In this document: piece by piece, positions 1 through 9,469 of the stretch
How positions within the stretch are numbered: position 1 is the stretch's first letter
How the letters are laid out: every line of letters starts with the position of its first letter
Source: Selaginella moellendorffii
Taxonomy: Eukaryota; Plantae; Lycopodiophyta
Length of the DNA: 64,000 nucleotides
NCBI RefSeq assembly: GCF_000143415.4
Contig: NW_003314283.1
Location: 1,292,330-1,356,329 of the forward strand
Reading direction: 5' to 3'
Made by a program: the position numbers and the translations under genes
Notes under the pieces: model-generated
What the model was told of the DNA's origin: nothing
Databases searched by the model: none
The model's input: the letters and a program-made list of their open reading frames with translations, nothing else

Positions 1-445
1 GAGGTGGGGCAAGAACATGACATTACGCGGGCGCGGACAGGTGTCGTGCATGCAGAGGCGAGAAATCTACAGGATACAGCCTGTAGGTCTGAATCTTGTT
101 CTCCATATTAACAGGAGTGTGGCCAGCAGGAGAGACTGCCATATGCAAGAAGGCCGCGGTTGAATGCGGCAAGTCACTTAGTCGACTGAGGGAGAAGATC
201 AGCAGCCACCTACTTAGCTAATCTTTTATTTCTGCATGGAGGCACCACCGCAACCGGGCAAGGATTGGAGACTGATGCGAAACTGCTAGCCGATTCTCTA
301 GTGATGGATCGAGGTTAATGAAGACATTATCTGTTGCTTTTCTCTGTTTGCTCCATTTCTCCTGAGCTCTCCATGAATTTTCCAAATCCGCTACCCTTCG
401 TATATTCTAAGCTCACCCAATAGCTGCGGCTTATTGTCAACCATT

Positions 446-1260
446 TCACGATACAGAAGGTACAGGAGCCGAAGATGATCTCATAACCGGGTTCATGTTC
501 CACTTGCACTCGCGGTCCACAGCAACGCCTCTTAACTTCTCTTCAAGAATGCAGCTGACCAAACCAGAGAAGATGAAATTGCTCTTCATGAACAAGGGGT
601 CCTCCCTTCTCCATGTCCTGCCTCGACTGAAGGATGAGACGTGGCCGCTCTTCTCCAAAACCCCGACCATAGCAGCCCAGTAGAAGAACAGTCTGGAACC
701 AGATTGCGAGGTGACAAGCGGAAGAAAGCTACATATCCGCACACAGCGTGAACAAGTGGCTAGAGCTCCAGGCCAATCCTTGTCAACAGCGTCACTTAAA
801 GCGCCCACAGCACCCCAGTCGATCAAAGTGTAGACTTAAGCATATGTTCCTAGGAACTATGTCGTTGTGGACGAGCCCGTGCTCTTTGAAAGCCCGAGAG
901 GTTGTTGCAAAGAGCTGCTCGCTCATGTCCAAACCGTCCACCGGGCCAAGGCTCGCTTGCAAGTCTGCAAGAGAGGCACCTGTATCAGCATGTTGACACC
1001 TTCCATAGTACCGGCTCGAGCTTCGATCGAAAAGCCACCACGTCATGCAGGAAGTCATGGCACAGCATGTCCCTCTCCGCCTTACCAGAGTTCTCTGTTC
1101 CATTCCAGAAGCATTAGGGCAGGGTGCCATCCTTTTCAAGGTGGAATCCAAAGTTTCCCCCGGTCTGTCCCGTTATGGTAAATTAGAATGCTCATTCTCA
1201 ATTATCTCAAGGAGCTCCTAAAGTTTTCTTCATGCTCCAGGTATTGCTGCCATTGGGATG
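446..1260 (-). pseudogene. Degenerate protein-kinase-like gene (atypical/fungal-type kinase fold), frameshifted
   Basis: A catalytic-loop-like 'HGLVHNDIVPRNICL' (ORF 792-1151) is followed in a different frame by a DFG-equivalent 'IDWGA' (ORF 446-826); there is no continuous ORF. Boundaries are approximate. Confidence 0.45.
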
Positions 1261-1473
1261 AGGAATGTAACTGCTTGAGTGAGCGTGACAAATATCAGTT
1301 CTCTGATCTTTCAATTTTGAAGTTCGTTAATATTGCAAGAATCATGAAAATCTGGTAAGTTTGTCTTTAAAATGAGAGTTTATGAGATTCGTTTTTCTGG
1401 TTCTTGGATGCAAGGTGCTTGAAGGCGAGCAGGAGTTCATGTTGCTACTTTTGCAAAAACAAAAGATGCCGAA

Positions 1474-1544
1474 TGCACTGCCCGGGAATCGAACCCGGGT
1501 CTGTACCGTGGCAGGGTACTATTCTACCACTAGACCAGCAGTGC
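1474..1544 (-). tRNA. trnG-GCC: tRNA-Gly(GCC)
   Basis: Reverse complement GCACTGCTGGTCTAGTGGTAGAATAGTACCCTGCCACGGTACAGACCCGGGTTCGATTCCCGGGCAGTGCA; perfect acceptor stem, A/B boxes and a downstream T-run. Confidence 0.96.
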
Positions 1545-1699
1545 TTAATTGATATTAACACTAAATTGTTTCCGAGCCTTGAGGGATATTATTTCCATCA
1601 TTGGTCGAGCCAAAGGCAAGGGGGCGGAGCACGCTCGGAAGCAGTCCTCCAGGTCAGTGAGATCGCTTGCGCATCGCATCGAGCTCATTCCCCATCGCA

Positions 1700-3141
1700 A
1701 TGAGCGAGCGCATTGTGAGATCTTTGATGCAGGCCGTGGTGACCGTTGACCTTGGCAAGCTCGTCGAGACGCTGCTGGATCTCGCTTACAGCGCCCAGCA
1801 TTGCAGGGAGAAATCCAAGACGCTGGCACTCAAGGTGGAGCTCCTCAGCGAGTCCATTGCGGAGCTCATCGAGAAGAGGGAGCACTTTACTCGAGAAAAC
1901 TTTGGAACACATGTTAGAAGGCTCGAGGTAAGATCTTGTTGTTCTTCCAAGATCTAAATGTTTTCTCTTCCCAGGTGGTGTTTAACGATGCTATCTATCT
2001 TCTCCGGAAGTATAGAAACGGTAGCATCTTCGTCAAGATCTTCAAGGCACCACACTCCGAGGATGGATTCGACTCTATCAATCAGAGACTGGAGATTTGC
2101 ATCCAGTACTTTGGATTCAGCCTGCAAGTCAGGAACGAATCCAAAGTCTCGAATCTCGCGGAAGAGAATCGGCAGCTGCGCTCCATGATCCAGTCCATTA
2201 TCCAGCAGCAGCAGGTTGATATGAGAAGATTGCTCAGTGGGGAGCTAAAGTCCGAGGAGAAAGATGCGGTGAACGCGATGCTGGAAGGACTAACTTTCGA
2301 CGACGATGACGAGGTTTATGACGAACACACGCTGTGTGCCACTCTCGAACAGCCTGGTTCTTCTTCCGCAACGCGAGTTCTACTCTTATACTCGGAGGAT
2401 CTTGGAGAGACAGAGCTGGCCATTCTCAAGCGGCTCTCAGAGTCTCACGTCAACATTCTCCAGTTCTTTGGGACTTATGTGGATGGCAAAACGAAGTATG
2501 CTGTCATGGAGAGGCCGGGGAAAGAAATCTCGACGCTGGACGAGTTTATACACAACAAGCCAGAGCTCAAGGATGGCCACTGGAGTCTCAAGAAGAACTT
2601 TGCTCTGGAGATCGCCATGGGGCTGCAATACGCTCACGCTGTGGGTGTCGTCCACAAGAACCTCCGGAGTCCAAACATCTTCATCGACGATAGCCAGGAT
2701 CTCCGCCCCAAAATATTTGGATTCAACCAAGGAAGGATTGAAGCGTTGAAAAGTGACAAGCGGCCGCAGAGCAAGGAACAGGTCCGGTGGAAGGCTCCCG
2801 AGATGCTGCCGCAGGCAAACCGAGCGATCAGGCGCCCCGAGTATAGTTACGCGTGTGACATCTTCTCGCTGGGAGTCGTCATGTGGGAGATCGTCACTTG
2901 GTCGTTTCCATTTGAGCAGATCAAAGGGGTGCGAGGCGTGCTCGAGGCAAGGGCAAGGAGGGGAATGACGCTCGATTTCTCGGCTCTTCCGCCGGGGGAT
3001 CGCTCCCCAGCGCTCCAGGCCTTCGTCCAGATTAGCATGGATTGCATGGAACAAGATAGCGGCACGAGGCCCAACGTTGACGAAGTCGTGGAGAGGCTGT
3101 CACAGCTTGTTCCAGAGGACATGACGTTTTCTTCTTTGTAA
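1700..3141 (+). CDS. MLKL-like protein: N-terminal helical bundle (HeLo/4HB-like), brace and pseudokinase, ~464 aa; exons 1700-1927 and 1975-3141
   Basis: A 47-nt GT-AG phase-0 intron joins an amphipathic helical N-terminus (LVETLLDLAYSAQHCREKSKTLALKVELL...FDSINQRLEICIQ) to a TKL-type kinase fold. HRD is replaced by HKN (HKNLRSPN), DFG by FGF, and there is no Gly-rich loop or VAIK lysine; WKAPE and DIFSLG are retained. Confidence 0.8.
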
Positions 3142-3549
3142 TCAATCGGCACGTAAAATATAAAATATAAAAATAAAATGGAGAAATGTGCTAAATTATT
3201 GTAGCATCGAAGATGGGGCCAACCATTTTTTGTCTTTAAAGAAGTCAAAACTCCTACTTGATGACTTCGAGCATATAGGAGGCTAGTTGGAATAGCCAGA
3301 AGATCATAGCAGCAAGAAGGAGCTTGCGACCTTCTTGGGCAAGTTGGGCAGAATCTTTCAAGGCAACTGTGAACATAATTGTCAATGTTGTGGACCACTT
3401 TCGAATGGATCAACTCCAAAACAGCTTTAATTTATTGCATTGTAATCCGAACTGAAGTTTTCTTGTGAAAAAATCAACTGTGAAAACGTGCTTTCTAGAA
3501 ACGGGGACTTCTTCTTAAGTAGAAAGAATTGTGGATCTTAAGTTTTGAG

Positions 3550-4659
3550 ATGTCGAACGGCAAGAAGTCTTTTGATCGATCTTTGCAGCCTTCAACTAGT
3601 GGTAGTATGAGCCAGCCACCATTTTCTGTTCAAGCTTTTCATGCAAACAATTGGTCAAGATTGCCAAGTTATGACACACATGCCCAAAACTTGAGATCAC
3701 GGAGGACAAGTGGTGATAACAGAAGTTTGAGTTTGCAGCCTTCAATTGGTGTTTACAGCAGACGAAGCAGTGCTTACCAGTTCTATACTAAAAGTGATGG
3801 GTGGGCTGGATCATGGTTAAATTCGTACAGATCTTCAAGCTTTTCAACTACCAGCAGCACTAAAAGTGGATCTTCTGGAATCAGCCAAATTTCCGTCCAG
3901 GCTGTTGCTTCTACCGGACCAGTTCTGGAAAGGAGTGGTCACATCTTACCAAGATGCGGATTTAGCTCAAGGCCTCCATCTTCTGTTTCCGTCCAGGCTG
4001 TTGCTTCTGTTCTGGAAAGGAGTGGTCACGATCTTGTACCAAGATGCGAATTTAGCTCAAGGCCTCCATCTTCTGTTCAAGCTTTCAAAGATGGTCCCAA
4101 CAACTGGTGGAGCCTAACCAGTGATGGATCTTCAGCTTCCAGCATGCGGTCGGTTCAGAAGTCCTCAGCACCTGACTCAGCTTCAAGAATTAAATCTGCA
4201 GCGTCTGTCCAGAACTCGGGCAGATCATTTAGACGTGATTTGGATCAGCTCACACACACAAGCAGCACCAAGTCTCAATTTAGCTCAAGGCCTCCATCTT
4301 CTGTTCAGGCTTTTAAAGATGGTCGCAACAACTGGTGGAGCCTAACCAGTGATGGATCTTCAGCTTCCAGCTTGCAGTCGGTTCAGAAGTCCTCAGCCCC
4401 TGACTCAGCTTCAAGAATTAAATCTGCAGCGTCTGTCCAGAACTCGGGCAGATCATTTAGACGTGATTTGGATCAGCCCACATACACGAGCAGCACCCAG
4501 TCTCAGTTTAGCTCAAGGCCTCCATCTTCTGTTCAGGCATTCGAGAGTGGTCGCAATAACTGGCCCAGTTCATCGGCTTCAAGTATTAGACCTGTCCAGA
4601 ACTCACATGGTTCGGGTATGAGAAGGCGGAGAAGGTTTTTTGTGTCCTGTTATTGTTAA
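3550..4659 (+). CDS. Orphan Ser-rich, internally repeated protein (369 aa) ending RRRRRFFVSCYC
   Basis: Uninterrupted 1.1 kb ORF; the repeat spacings are multiples of 3 and preserve frame; no recognisable domain. Confidence 0.5.
   Translation: MSNGKKSFDRSLQPSTSGSMSQPPFSVQAFHANNWSRLPSYDTHAQNLRSRRTSGDNRSLSLQPSIGVYSRRSSAYQFYTKSDGWAGSWLNSYRSSSFSTTSSTKSGSSGISQISVQAVASTGPVLERSGHILPRCGFSSRPPSSVSVQAVASVLERSGHDLVPRCEFSSRPPSSVQAFKDGPNNWWSLTSDGSSASSMRSVQKSSAPDSASRIKSAASVQNSGRSFRRDLDQLTHTSSTKSQFSSRPPSSVQAFKDGRNNWWSLTSDGSSASSLQSVQKSSAPDSASRIKSAASVQNSGRSFRRDLDQPTYTSSTQSQFSSRPPSSVQAFESGRNNWPSSSASSIRPVQNSHGSGMRRRRRFFVSCYC
3889..4560 (+). repeat. Tandem repeats inside the Ser-rich ORF (228-bp unit x2 plus a partial copy, and a shorter 90-bp-spaced duplication)
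   Basis: The anchor TTTAGCTCAAGGCCTCCATCTTCTGTT occurs at 3961, 4051, 4279 and 4507 (spacings 90, 228, 228). Confidence 0.9.
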
Positions 4660-4697
4660 AAAAACTTAAACAAGACTATCAAAGTCCATTGTAAATA

Positions 4698-5003
4698 TTA
4701 TTTCTGCAAGATTTTTACCCCATTTGTGCAGCTCTCCAGAGCAACAAGACAATGCTGCCACGCATCAACTGATGGATAGTTCATGTCGAGCAGAAACTGG
4801 ACCAGAGAATGGAGCTCATCACAAGAATCGCCATTTTCGTATCTCTCCACAAGCTCACACCTTGTTTCAAGCGCTGCCACTGCTGCAATCCTCTCATCTT
4901 CTGCCTTGAGATGGCCCGTTGCTGCTAGCGAAACTCCACAGTGAATTTGAGCAGACACAAGAAGCACTGTTAGTAGCAGCAACAAGAGCGCCTTGCTCCC
5001 CAT
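4698..5003 (-). CDS. Small secreted Cys-containing protein (101 aa)
   Basis: Signal peptide MGSKALLLLLLTVLLVSA, followed by a helical-looking mature part with Cys pairs (C-x11-C ... C-x6-C). Confidence 0.6.
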   Translation of the reverse strand: MGSKALLLLLLTVLLVSAQIHCGVSLAATGHLKAEDERIAAVAALETRCELVERYENGDSCDELHSLVQFLLDMNYPSVDAWQHCLVALESCTNGVKILQK

Positions 5004-5135
5004 AAAGGAAGAATGAAGAAATAGAACTCCTAACAGCTTTTTGGCTTTTTTCCTGGGCAGAAGTGCACATTTCAACCAACATTTAAGTCACCACTAAAGT
5101 TCAAGTTGTGTTTGTAAATTTCAATTAGTTCAGGT

Positions 5136-7355
5136 TTACAGAGTATACATGTTAGAGAGAAGAACATACGTAGCTGAAAATCTGGACAAGTTCCGATCGA
5201 GGATAGCCTCATTTGCAGCACATCTGGCACTAGTAACTTTCACATCTGGTTGTCTTCCACACGAACCCAGGAATGCCGCCACCGCCACCTTGCCCGGATC
5301 GTAAGGCATGCTATCAAACAGGTCCTTGGCCTCGTTCACAAGTCCAGCTCTACCAAGAACATCAATCATACAACAGATGTGCTCTTCCTTGGAAACCACA
5401 AAGTAATCAAACTCCATCGAGCCAAAGCATTGACAAGCCTCTTTCAAATGACCTGAGTGGCTTAATGCCGTAAGAATGCTCATAAACGTTACTTCGTCCC
5501 GACTAACACCCTCCAAATTAAGAATGTAGAGGAGAGTCTTGGGGCTCTGTGGATGCCGCGAATGGGCATATGCTGCCACCATGGCCGTCCAGGACAGTGT
5601 GTCTCTCGCGGGCATCTGGCTAAAAAGGTGCCACGCCTGAAACACGTCACCGTGGTGAGCATACGTGGCAAGCATGGCATTCCACGTCACCCCGTCCCGC
5701 TCCGGAATCCAGTCAAAGCTGGCCCTGGCCTCGTCAACGCAAAGACTCTGACCGTACGCCGCGATCAGCGCATTCCATGTCACCACGCTGCGGTACGGCA
5801 TCGAGTCAAACAGCTTCCTGGCCTCGTCAACCAGGCGAGCCTCGCCGTACGCACCAACCATCACGTTCCACGTCACCACACTCCTCAGCGGCATTGTATC
5901 AAACATGACACGCGCCTCTTCCAAATGGCCGCCCCGGGAATATGCCGAGACCATACTGGTCCAAGATACCAGGTCGTGCAGTGGCATCCGGTCAAATACC
6001 TTCTTTGCTTCATGGAGATTCCCAGCCTGGGCATATGCTGTGAGCAGAATCGTCCACGAGACCAAGTCCGCCTGTGGCATCTTTCTAAGTGTGCTGTCCA
6101 AAGATTCTATATTCTGGGCATGGGCATATGCTCTAAGCATCGCATTCCAAGAGACTACGTTCCTCTCAGGCATTGCATCAAAGATTCCCTTTGCCTCTCC
6201 CAAATGCCCGTCCTGGGAATATCCCTGAAGCAGCGAAGTCCACGACACAATGCTTTTGACCGGCGCAGAGTCAAAGAGATTTTTAGCATCCTTTAGATGC
6301 CCATTTTGGGCATATGCCTGTATCATAGTGCTCCAAGATACCACATTCCTCTCGGGCATGGAATCAAACACCCTCTTCGATTCTAGCAAATGACCCTTCT
6401 CGGCATAAGCTTTCACCATCATCGTCCACGAGACAATCGTCCTCTGTGGCATCCCATCAAAAGTTTCTTTCGCATCTTTCATATGTCCAACGAGGGCATA
6501 CGTCTGTGCCATGACCGTCCAAGTCATTACGTTTGGCTCCGGCATCTCTTTCAAGAGCTCGAGAGCTTTCCTGGGCTCCCCATTTTGCCTATACATAGTC
6601 ACCACCGTGTTCCACGACACAACGTTTAGCCTCGGCATTCGCAAGAACAGCTTCTCGGCCTCTTCGACATCGCCCTCTTGCGCATAGGCCCCGATCATCG
6701 CGTTCCAGGAAGCTATGCTTCGATCCTCCATCTTGTCAAACAATCTCCTGGCTTCCTGGAGCTGCCCGTTCCGAGCATACCCAGTGATCAAAGTGTTCCA
6801 CGAGACTGCGTCCCTGTCTCGCATTCCATCGAAAAGCTCCCTGGCTTCTCGTGTCCGACCGTCTTGAACGTACGCTGCGATGAGCGTGTTGCACGAGACG
6901 ATGTTCTTCTCCGGCATTCTCTGGAACACCAACCTTGCCTCGTTGGTGTGCCCGCTCTGGGCATACGCCGAGACGATGATGCTCCACGAGTAGACATTCG
7001 GCTGCGCGATGCTGTCAAACACCGCCCTCGCTTCCTGCAAGCTCCCAAGTTTGCCATACATCTCCACCAAAAGGTTCAAGAGGTACCTGTCCTGCAAATG
7101 GTGCTCGCTCTTCCGGATCCGACCGTGTAGCTCTCGGCCATGGAGGAGATTGTCACACGACTTGACGAGTGTTGCGAGCTGGAAGGCTCCCTCGGCTCCG
7201 CTGCGCTGGTCTAAAACTTCTCTGGCCAGCCGACCCCATTTGAGACCAGGAACCGAGCTTGCGAGACTTGTCAAGTAGTGATCCGGGAGTGTTCCCAGCG
7301 CCAGACCTTGGTGAGGACCAAATGGTATCCTGAGATCGCTGGCACTCAACGCCAT
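5136..7355 (-). CDS. PLS-class (SS-array) PPR protein with a truncated E domain and an N-terminal 'PFGPHQG..LGTLP..YL' domain
   Basis: Intronless ORF with a long run of 31-aa repeats (VVSWNxMIxAYAQxGxxxEAxxLFDxMPER). The E-domain segment ends ATYVLLSNMY and there is no DYW. First ATG at 7355. Confidence 0.92.
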   Translation of the reverse strand: MALSASDLRIPFGPHQGLALGTLPDHYLTSLASSVPGLKWGRLAREVLDQRSGAEGAFQLATLVKSCDNLLHGRELHGRIRKSEHHLQDRYLLNLLVEMYGKLGSLQEARAVFDSIAQPNVYSWSIIVSAYAQSGHTNEARLVFQRMPEKNIVSCNTLIAAYVQDGRTREARELFDGMRDRDAVSWNTLITGYARNGQLQEARRLFDKMEDRSIASWNAMIGAYAQEGDVEEAEKLFLRMPRLNVVSWNTVVTMYRQNGEPRKALELLKEMPEPNVMTWTVMAQTYALVGHMKDAKETFDGMPQRTIVSWTMMVKAYAEKGHLLESKRVFDSMPERNVVSWSTMIQAYAQNGHLKDAKNLFDSAPVKSIVSWTSLLQGYSQDGHLGEAKGIFDAMPERNVVSWNAMLRAYAHAQNIESLDSTLRKMPQADLVSWTILLTAYAQAGNLHEAKKVFDRMPLHDLVSWTSMVSAYSRGGHLEEARVMFDTMPLRSVVTWNVMVGAYGEARLVDEARKLFDSMPYRSVVTWNALIAAYGQSLCVDEARASFDWIPERDGVTWNAMLATYAHHGDVFQAWHLFSQMPARDTLSWTAMVAAYAHSRHPQSPKTLLYILNLEGVSRDEVTFMSILTALSHSGHLKEACQCFGSMEFDYFVVSKEEHICCMIDVLGRAGLVNEAKDLFDSMPYDPGKVAVAAFLGSCGRQPDVKVTSARCAANEAILDRNLSRFSATYVLLSNMYTL

Positions 7356-7469
7356 GCATGGTCTCTGGAGATCACTGAAAACTACGTTGATCTCTAGCCT
7401 GGAACTTGGAACCAAAAAAACGTTTCACGATTTATTAACATACCATTTACGTACAAAGCTTTCGTCGTC

Positions 7470-8369
7470 CTAGTCCTTGATACTCTTCTGCAAAGACAAT
7501 GAGCGAACAAAATGGTAAGAAATGGATCAAACGATTTGAGGGAGTACCTTGTCTTCGTCCTTGTGTTTCTCCTTGTCTTTCTTCTTGTCATCGCCCTCCA
7601 GCTTTGCTTCCTTCTTCTTATCTTTCATTTTCTCCTCCTCGTCTCCATGCTTCTCCTTCTTCTCCTTTTTCTCGCCATCGCCCTCGCCCTTGTCTTTCTT
7701 CTCCTTCTTCTCTTTTTTCTTCTCTTTCACTTCGTCTCCCTCGTCCTTGCCTTTCTCTTTCTTCTCCTTGTCTTTCTTCTCTTTCTTTTTTTCCTTCGAT
7801 TCATCACCCTCTTCTCCATCCTTCTTCTTCTCCTTGTCCTTCTTTTCCTTCTTCTTCTCCTTCCCTTCATCGCCCTCGCCTGATCCTTCCTTCTCTTTCT
7901 TCTTCTCCTTCGCGTCATCGCCATGCTTGTCCTTCTTTTTCTCTTTCTTCTCATCTCCCTTGTCATGCTCAGCCTCTAACGTTTTCTCTTTCTTTTCCTT
8001 CTTTTTTTCCTTCTCATCATCAACTTCCAAGCTTTTCTCTGTTTTCTCCGTCTTCTTCTCCTTGTGATCTTCGTCCACCTCCACGCTCTTCTCCTTCTTC
8101 TCCTTCTTCTCTTTCTTCTTCTCCTTGTGATCCTCGTCCACCTCCACGCTCTTCTCCTTCTCCTTCTTCTCTTTCTTCTTCTCCTTGTGATCCTCGTCCA
8201 CCTCCACGCTCTTCTCCTTCTTCTCCTTCTTCTCTTTCTTCTTCTCCTTGTGATCCTCGTCCACCTCCGCGCTCTTCTCCTTCTTCTCTTTCTTCTTCTC
8301 CATGCCACTGTCCTCCAGATGCATCTTCTTCTCCACGTCCACCTCCAAATGCTTCACTTGCTGCGCCAT
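7470..8369 (-). CDS. Lys/Glu/Asp-rich low-complexity protein; probable final intron 7488-7547 giving the C-terminus ...DKKSIKD*
   Basis: Long KEKE-type ORF with AAG/GAG codon bias and a GT-AG 60-nt intron near the 3' end. Confidence 0.7.
8030..8300 (-). repeat. 60-63 bp coding tandem repeat (KKKEKKEKKEKSVEVDEDHKE, about 4 copies)
   Basis: Near-identical units CTCCTTGTGATCCTCGTCCACCTCCACGCTCTTCTCC. Confidence 0.9.
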
Positions 8370-8379
8370 GTCCAAAGCC

Positions 8380-8641
8380 TGGAAAAGATCACAAACAAAA
8401 CTCTCAGCAAAGCATGGACGATCGAGCTCTCTATCAATTCCGCATTTTGATCGCCATTCCTACATAGATCTAACTTCTAACTGAGATCGATCATCGCTTA
8501 CCAAGAGATCCAAGGCCTAGAAAATCACAAACAAAATAAAATAATGGACGATCGAGCTCTCTATCAATTCCGCAACGATCGAATTTGATCGCGATTCCTA
8601 CATAGATCTAGATATTCTAGCTGAGATCGATCATCGCTTAC
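8380..8641 (-). repeat. Two tandem near-identical 5'-UTR introns separated by a 15-nt micro-exon (8502-8516)
   Basis: Both copies start GTAAGCGATGATCGATCTCAG and end TTTGTGAT-T(n)-YAG on the minus strand, and share ATGGACGATCGAGCTCTCTATCAATTCCGCA. Confidence 0.75.
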
Positions 8642-9469
8642 CCGGAAGTAAGAGATCCACGCGCCGCGATCCAAAAACCCTAGCCAAATGTAGGCTCTCG
8701 CAGTAACGCGCTTCCTTCCGCGTGGAGATTCCATCGCATCTTTGTGGCTACGTGGCAGCCAGCTGTTGACTATTTTTGACTAGGGTAACCGTATTTGACT
8801 ATCGTTGGTGATTCTTTCGCCATCAAATAACAATAAAGACACACACGCTCCCATTTTATGGCCTTTGACACCGATGTTCCGTCACCTTGTCATCTTTTAG
8901 GGCAGTGCATGCATGGCACGCAACACATCTCGCTGCCATTGTCGTTTTGCCCTTAACTTTCTCTTCTATCACCCTGCATGGATGGCGAGAGAAAGAGAGA
9001 GCAATCAGAGCAGCGAGGAGAAGGAGGCTTCTTTTTAAATGCACACCGGAGACAGCAACTGCAAAGAAGATAAAGGACTAAGAAGTCTCGATCGATCATC
9101 AAGCTGAAGCAAGGATTCTCATTTTTGTTTCCTGGCTCTCCATGTTGTTCTCGCTCAAGAGCTCTGTTTGTTGGGCATTTTGAGAGTGACAAGGCCTAGG
9201 CATTTTAAAGGCGAAACCCATACCTTTGTCCTTCGGTCTAGCTCTTTGTCCTCTGAAAACTCGAGGAAAAGATTTGGTCGGTACGTTGCTCCTCTCGGAC
9301 GATCTAAGCATCATAAGATACAAATCGTAGAACTTTGTGTCTTCTTTTCTGGGCTGGCTGTGGTGACTGCAATGGTGAGCCACAAGTGCCTTTACCTCCT
9401 TTCTTCGACTGATGAACTCGACCTTATATCTTTGTTTCGCGTGTGTGACAGGACCCAGAAACTCCCGGG

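Noticed and set aside
1380-1473. Possible tRNA-Gly-snoRNA dicistron
   Set aside because: A Pol III terminator T-run follows the tRNA within ~10 nt, and no C/D boxes are evident.
3889-8300. CRISPR-like arrays
   Set aside because: The repeats are contiguous coding duplications without unique spacers, the context is eukaryotic and there are no cas genes.
7499-8467. Long + strand Ser/Pro-, Leu- and Phe-rich ORFs
   Set aside because: Antisense shadows of the K/E-rich gene; low-complexity sequence lacks stop codons.
8856-9044. Signal-peptide-like small ORF, or a miRNA precursor
   Set aside because: No ATG start, the hydrophobicity derives from CT-rich sequence, and I could not identify a hairpin or a known miRNA.
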